Assembly (NCBI GenBank): GCA_032718475.1
Contig: JAUCBJ010003548.1
Span: 62,001-126,000 of the forward strand
Direction of reading: 5' to 3'
Source: Nemertoderma westbladi
Lineage: Eukaryota > Animalia > Xenacoelomorpha
Length of the DNA: 64,000 nt
The notes below the pieces were generated by a model. That model made no database searches and was not told the DNA's origin. It saw nothing but the letters and a program-made list of their open reading frames with translations. Below are positions 57,994 through 64,000 of the stretch, piece by piece. Both the position numbers and the translations under genes were made by a program. Each line of letters starts with the position of its first letter. Positions within the stretch are counted from its first letter, which is position 1.

Positions 57994-59100
57994 TGTGGGG
58001 CGAGCGGCGAAAGTAAGCGAACTTAGCATACAGGTACCACTAACTCAATCGGTGTGTCTGTTGTTCTGTTGTACTGTCGGTCTGTTCTGTTGATCTGTTG
58101 TGTCCAATTTTAAACTTACGTTTAACTAACGTAGTAACTTACGATACTAACGTTAATAACTCAGCAAAATCTCGATAAAATATATCCAAACTTGGTACAT
58201 ATGTAGTCTGGCAAAAGTTTAGAAATTTTCCAAGTTGAATTTGCGTGGGGTCTTCGAGCAGCATCTGTGTAACTGTCTTACAGTTATAATAAATTAATCT
58301 ACCCAAAAATTATTAGGCTTGGCATCAGCATTGGCTGGTTGCTAGGAGACTACAGGATTACAGTAAGGTACCGGTACTGTTAACTGTTACAGTGGTACAG
58401 AGTTACCGGTACCGTCTTCAGGTCGTTGGTCGTTGGCAAGGCCATCTAAACAACTTCTTAATCTAAACAGCTTCCGACAGTCCGATGTATCTGGACCCGA
58501 GCAGCCGAGTGGCATCAAGATGCGATTAACTGAGGAATAAATACTACGGAATGGCTTGCTTGTCAGTAAGATTATATTTACTACACTGGGAATACGGCGG
58601 TCGGTCGGATCGTAATGCGGGCCACTGCCAAGTTCCTCATGCCTCACTCAGGCCACCCACCTTGGAGTGCGGTGGGAAGAGTCCCACTTACGTCGAAGAC
58701 TGGACGAATCGACGGGGATTGCGATTTGTGTTTAGCGGCGGCCCGGACAACCAGATCCTGGGATCGCCTGGGGGAAATTGATGAAAGTCGGGCAGACGTG
58801 TATCGCACCGGATTACGTTCTCTGCCACGCGAAAGTGTGAGGCGAATTCGTTTTAGAATTGGGTCGGAAGCTGCGGGAATTCTACTGTTCTACGGGAATA
58901 AACCGCAGCTGTCCGGTGACTACGGACGGATACTGGGATGAGCAGGTATTTCGATCGAATTTCTCGTATTCTCGATTTTCTCGAATTCTCGATATTTCCT
59001 ATAAACCACATGGCTTCGCATATTGAACGTGTGATTGGAAATAAGTTTGTGCTACCCTTCCGCCCCTTGGGTGGTAGATGTCGCGGTTATGTATTGGTTG
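57994..59100 (+). mobile_element. TGT-junction element with GC-rich unique interior, 3' end missing
   Basis: 5' end TGT-ggggcgagcggcgaaagtaagcga matches 21700-21997 (reverse complement). 58995-59100 matches the reverse complement of 25545-25647. Confidence 0.7.
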
Positions 59101-59604
59101 GTTTCACGAACTAAAACATACTTATTCGAATGAATTTAACAACGGAAACACGCCATACGTATACAATATAATACGCAACCTAATAAACATTAAATACTAA
59201 TTGCTGCATACGAAGTGCAAAGTGGCGCAATGTTAATAATGGGAACAGTTCATATGAATAAATAATTGGTGTATTTTATGAAATAAAGTAACATTTTGAT
59301 AGACCAACACGTACTTTCCTACTAAAAAGGTGCATTGGAAACAACTGTTATATCTATGGATATTGGTTTAGGTGAACTAGAAATGTATAGGAAAAATTGT
59401 TCTAATAGTCTGTAGCTGTAGCTGCTAAAATATTTGGCAATACATGACTAATAAAATTTATATTTCAGTGATTTTATATGTAACCGTTATATGTAACCTG
59501 GCTTTAGTGAAAACCTTTTATTATTCACATGGGAGAAAACAGCAAAGTGAAATATAACAGCAGAAAATCTGGTATACTTAAAAGGTATAGTTTTCTCCTG
59601 TCTA

Positions 59605-59810
59605 AGTGCGGTCCCCCAGAGGATCTATATACTCCCCATAGGAAATATTTAGCTACCATTTAAAGATGTAAGACAGATATGCGCCCTGGCTAAGACCCTT
59701 TATAGCATTCGTGCCGAAACCAAATTGCCCTGGCCCCCATGCTGGGATCGAACCCTCGACTTCCGGAGACGGATATATGTGAATTCAATGCAACCACCAA
59801 GATGGGACTT
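59605..59810 (-). mobile_element. tRNA-headed SINE (same family as 16965-17160)
   Basis: Shared 'gtgcggtcccccaga...tttagctacca.ttaa.gatg.aag.caga.atgcgccctggcta...agcattcgtgccgaaac' and B box. Confidence 0.65.
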
Positions 59811-60129
59811 CGCATGGGCCAGTTGAATAAACCAAATTGATGTAAACAAGTAATGCACATATATATTAATTTATAAATTAAAGTTTTTATATTAATTAAT
59901 TATTAATAATTCCACAAAGTCAATTAAGGCTTTAAGGGAAGGTAAGGTAAATATTGTACATACTAGCTGCAGGCCGCCCTTCGGGCCGCCTACAACTAGT
60001 AGCATGTGATCACACTAAAAACAATAAGTGACATTTACTATTTGGAATTTATGTCATTTTACATTTAATTATACAGAAACTAATTTAATTTGTGCAGTTT
60101 CTATCACTTATAATATATATATAATCATT

Positions 60130-60330
60130 TCGTAATGTTACAATTTTGGAATAAAACTACATACATACTTGTTGCAAAGTACTTTACAGTGTTCTGATCC
60201 TCGTGGCTTTATTTTCATTCACTCACTAACGTTCGTTCGTGTAACAAAGCCACTCGTATCATCACACTGTAAAGTGCTACTTTGCACACAATGATGTAAA
60301 TAGTTATTATTCCAAAATTGTAACATTACT
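60130..60330. mobile_element. ~200-bp palindromic MITE, duplicated with its left flank at about 62262-62470
   Basis: gtaatgttacaattttggaataa / ttattccaaaattgtaacattac ends and a central hairpin; near-identical second copy. Confidence 0.7.
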
Positions 60331-62703
60331 CAACGCCGTTAGTATTAACAGCGAGTTGTTATTTAGCACTTTACAACTTTTGAGGACATTACATCATTGT
60401 ATTGGCCTGTACATTTAGTATTGTAATTGGTGTTATCCGTTAAGAAATGTCCCCTTAGTAGACATTACTTAACGCCGTCATTAGTTACCACGTAAACAAT
60501 TGGTGGAAATTTGCCTAACAGCCAGATAGGCCTACTGCATTACCTACCGGTAGGTGGGGTATAGCTATTAATAATCAGTAGGGTGAGTGAGGGAGACTTG
60601 AAACCCAAAAGTTATAATCGCTCTAAAGAACAGATAAATGAATTTTTCAATGCCGTTTTAACTTTTTCACATTACATTTATGATTGCTATCATTATGGGA
60701 GAGTTTGAGAATTTCAACTCTTAAACTTTTTTAATTAAACCAATCGTATTTTCGGAAAAGCGTCAAGTCTCCCTCAATGGGTGGAGACTTGACACCTAGG
60801 GTGGGAGACTTGAACCCCACCTCGCATTCTTGTAAATTCGTTCAAAAATGCATAAGAAGTGTAATAATTACATGTTCAACATGTCTATTTTCTAGTAGAG
60901 CAGAAAAATTTCAATAAATGCCATTGTTAAATTGTTAAATTATTATCCAAAATTTTATACAAATTTAGGGGGTCGTTCACATGGTTCTCCCAACAAGAAC
61001 TGAATAAATAATAGTTCATCAAAACCGCATTAAAATTTAACGCGGGAAGGTACTTTTTATTAATGAACATTGTTCGCGCTTTTAGACCTTTAGCAGTCTA
61101 ACCTGCCAAATTTAGGTGTCTTCTAGGTTATAAATCGACTTTAGCCTATAACAAGTATTTGATACACATAAGTTACATTAGCCGAAGCCAGCCTATGCGC
61201 GATCATTCACCCACGGTTAAGGGAGACTGGATTCGGATGCTCTGACCTTATTGCGGTGTAGGCCTACTGTACTATTCGATTGATCGTTAATATATAATCT
61301 CTGAAAAATATTATTCACTTTCGGGAAATATTAACAATTCCTTTAGGACGTGGCGCTCTAAGTATGTAAACAGAGTTATGACTTACACTAAACACAACGG
61401 GATGGCTAATGATTCACGTATAAAGCGCATTCTTTAGGAAATGCTTTGTTATCTATCACACTCATGCACACTACCGCACACTGCTGCACACTGATCTGCC
61501 GACCTTCACTAATTTTAATCATAGATAAGGAGAACAGCAACTGACACATGTAGGGTCTATGAAATAGCATTCAATTCACTCCAAAACCACTATAATGTAA
61601 GTCGCAATTGCTATATGTAACCGGTCTCTCTAACCTTCAGTATATCAAGAAGATTGGGGTTTTCTGATTATTTATCGATATTCTCCAAATATAACAACAT
61701 ATCCATCAAATGATAACACTTAATAACCGACAGTAAATAGCAGTAAAATAATGCGGTGTTTGTATGTGATCAGGTTTGACAATATGAGCAGTTTGTGATG
61801 TACTGATAACAGTTATACGTTTCTATGATCAAAGCCGTTCTAATGTTTGGCTAAAGTCTGAAACACAGAATAATTCCACAGCCGATGTTCTGGGCTCAGG
61901 AAAAAAGGTAAACAAAGACCATAATGCATTGCGCGATTTCCCGGAGGCTTCTGTGCAAATAAAATGAAAATCGCTCTGATTGGTCGAGCCGAACAAAGAA
62001 CAAAGAAAGCTCTACGTGGACATATCAGCTGATAGATGTCGTCATCTGAACTACACTGTATCAAGAGTATTTTGGCGTATTGCGAATTAAAATCGCTAGT
62101 TATGTCCGCTAAAGTACACATACAGAAAAATGGCTTTTTATGTCCACTAAAACACCTACACAGTAAGAAAACGGCTTTTTATGTCCGTTAAAACACCTAC
62201 AGAGTACTTTGCGGGGAAAATGACCAGCTAGATCCGCAAAAGCCTTTACAAATATCTTGTATAATTTGCAGTTTCTATCACTTATATTATATACAATCAT
62301 TTCGTAATGTTACAATTTTGGAATAAAACTACATACATACTTGTTGCCTAGTATTTTACAGTGTTCTGATCCTCGTGGCTTTATTTTCACTCACTCACTA
62401 ACGTTCGTTCGTGTAACAAAGCCACTCGGATCATCACACTGTAAAGTGCTACTTTACACACAAGTATGTAAGTAAATAGTTAATATTATTATTATCATTG
62501 CCATGAGTAATCAAATTGAAAAGTTATGTCAATGTCCTTCCTTGGCGACCTAACCGAAATAAACACCCTAGCATTTATTATTAGTAGTGCCAGTTGACCA
62601 ATAAGACCAGTTTATATAAACACTATCATTAGAGATACTTAGTGAATAGCTGCGGCATCGAATAGCATTTAACAAAAATAATCCGAAACTAATATATGAT
62701 TTA

Positions 62704-63668
62704 GGCCCGGTTTCTCAAACTAAGTGCCCACTTATCCTAAAATGGCCACTTAAAAATTTTAAATGCCCACTTTGTTAAATGGCCACTTAGTTTAAGTTAA
62801 GTGTTGTTTTTCATAAAACGATAACTACTGTAGCACTTAACTAAGTGGCCACTTTAATAATTTAAGTTAAAGTTTATCCTAAACTGAAAGTTTAATTCAA
62901 TAGTTACCGGATCGGTAGCTAACAGTTCAATCAGTTAAATATGTTCATATGTGAATGGAAGATCAATTTAATTTATTTTTATTACGTCTTAGCAAAGGGT
63001 GAGAACGAAACAAAGACCTAAGACTTTAAAATAATATTAAATAATTTAAATAATAATCATTAAATAATTTTAGCAAGCTAGACCAAGAATAATAGTAGAA
63101 CTCTATATAAAATTCAGTATCGTTATATACTTGTACCGGGTAGGAGTCAATGGCACAAATTGACCGCAAACACAAAATACATTTTAGTGAGTTTGAAAAT
63201 TAATTTAATTTAATTAAAAACATTAAGGGAAAGGAGCAGGTTACAGTGACACGGTGTTTTCTAACCAAAACAAAACAATACACTATACATTATTTTATTT
63301 GCGGTCAATTTGCGCTGAAGATCACTATTTTCACTTGCGATCAATGTGCGCCACGATCTGACTTGTAGAGGATTGAGTTTGATGTTGTTTACTCTCGATT
63401 TTCGTTAATGCCTATTTATAACAAATGGAACAAAAGCCATAACATTAAAGGCACAAAGCAAACACTGCATTTTTTTTATTTATTTAAGTCTTAAGTGGCA
63501 TGATGATAAGGTACCTCCCAGGGTTACTTAAGTTCTCCCTTAAATGTGAAACTTTAAATGGTCCTTTAACTTTTGAGAAACTGCAAATAAATTTAAAGGG
63601 GCACTTAGAAACAAAACACTTAGTTTAAGTGCCCAATTTAAGTTAAGTGAGTTTTGAGAAACCGGGCC
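62704..63668. mobile_element. PIF/Harbinger (Tourist-like) MITE
   Basis: TIRs GGCCCGGTTTCTCAAA / TTTGAGAAACCGGGCC with TTA TSD (62701-62703, 63669-63671). Nested fragment at about 63145-63363 is related to 23495-23550. Confidence 0.85.
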
Positions 63669-64000
63669 TTAGTGGAGCTCAATGTAGAATACAAGTTTGG
63701 ATATTTAAAAATGGAGATAGAAAATATAGCTATTTTCTTTCAAATTTAAAATAGCTAGTAATATTAAAAAAAAATTATTCATTTATTAATAATTGTATAT
63801 TCCAAATTGAACACTTTTTTTAAAATTACTAGCTATTTTAAAATAAAAAAAAACTAGCTATAATATGTTCTAGAACATTATATTTTCTATTTTATTTAAG
63901 TTCTAGAATAGTATATGTTAATTTTCCATTGTTGTAGAACTCTTCAATGTTGCCAAGGTAACAATGACATAAGTTTTAAAAATGTAGTGCTATCCGGAAC

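Overview
Repeat-rich, AT-rich genomic DNA from an invertebrate animal (spliceosomal GT-AG introns, LINEs, SINEs, MITEs, minisatellites). The ORF track misses the backbone: a minus-strand multi-exon gene built from LDL-receptor class A (LDLa) modules. Five phase-compatible exons lie at 35784-35903, 11993-12123, 7207-7324, 6869-6997 and 6512-6652, with a possible last exon at 1377-1567. Four intronless genes appear to sit in its introns. Antisense: a TMEM70/186/223-like mitochondrial membrane protein and GUF1/EF4. Same strand: a GT32 DXD glycosyltransferase and a full-length clan-2 P450 with one in-frame TGA at codon 55. Other points of note: a 41-bp minisatellite made from the last 13 codons and stop of GUF1; a near-canonical minimal hammerhead ribozyme at 49148-49187 and a decayed one in a Penelope-like relic; an abundant non-autonomous element family with asymmetric inverted ends, TGT at both junctions and variable interiors; and a tandem plus inverted tRNA-like repeat. 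Harbinger-, hAT- and Mutator-type elements show readable target-site duplications, and there is a degenerate near-full-length LINE. All calls were made by eye, with no database searches.
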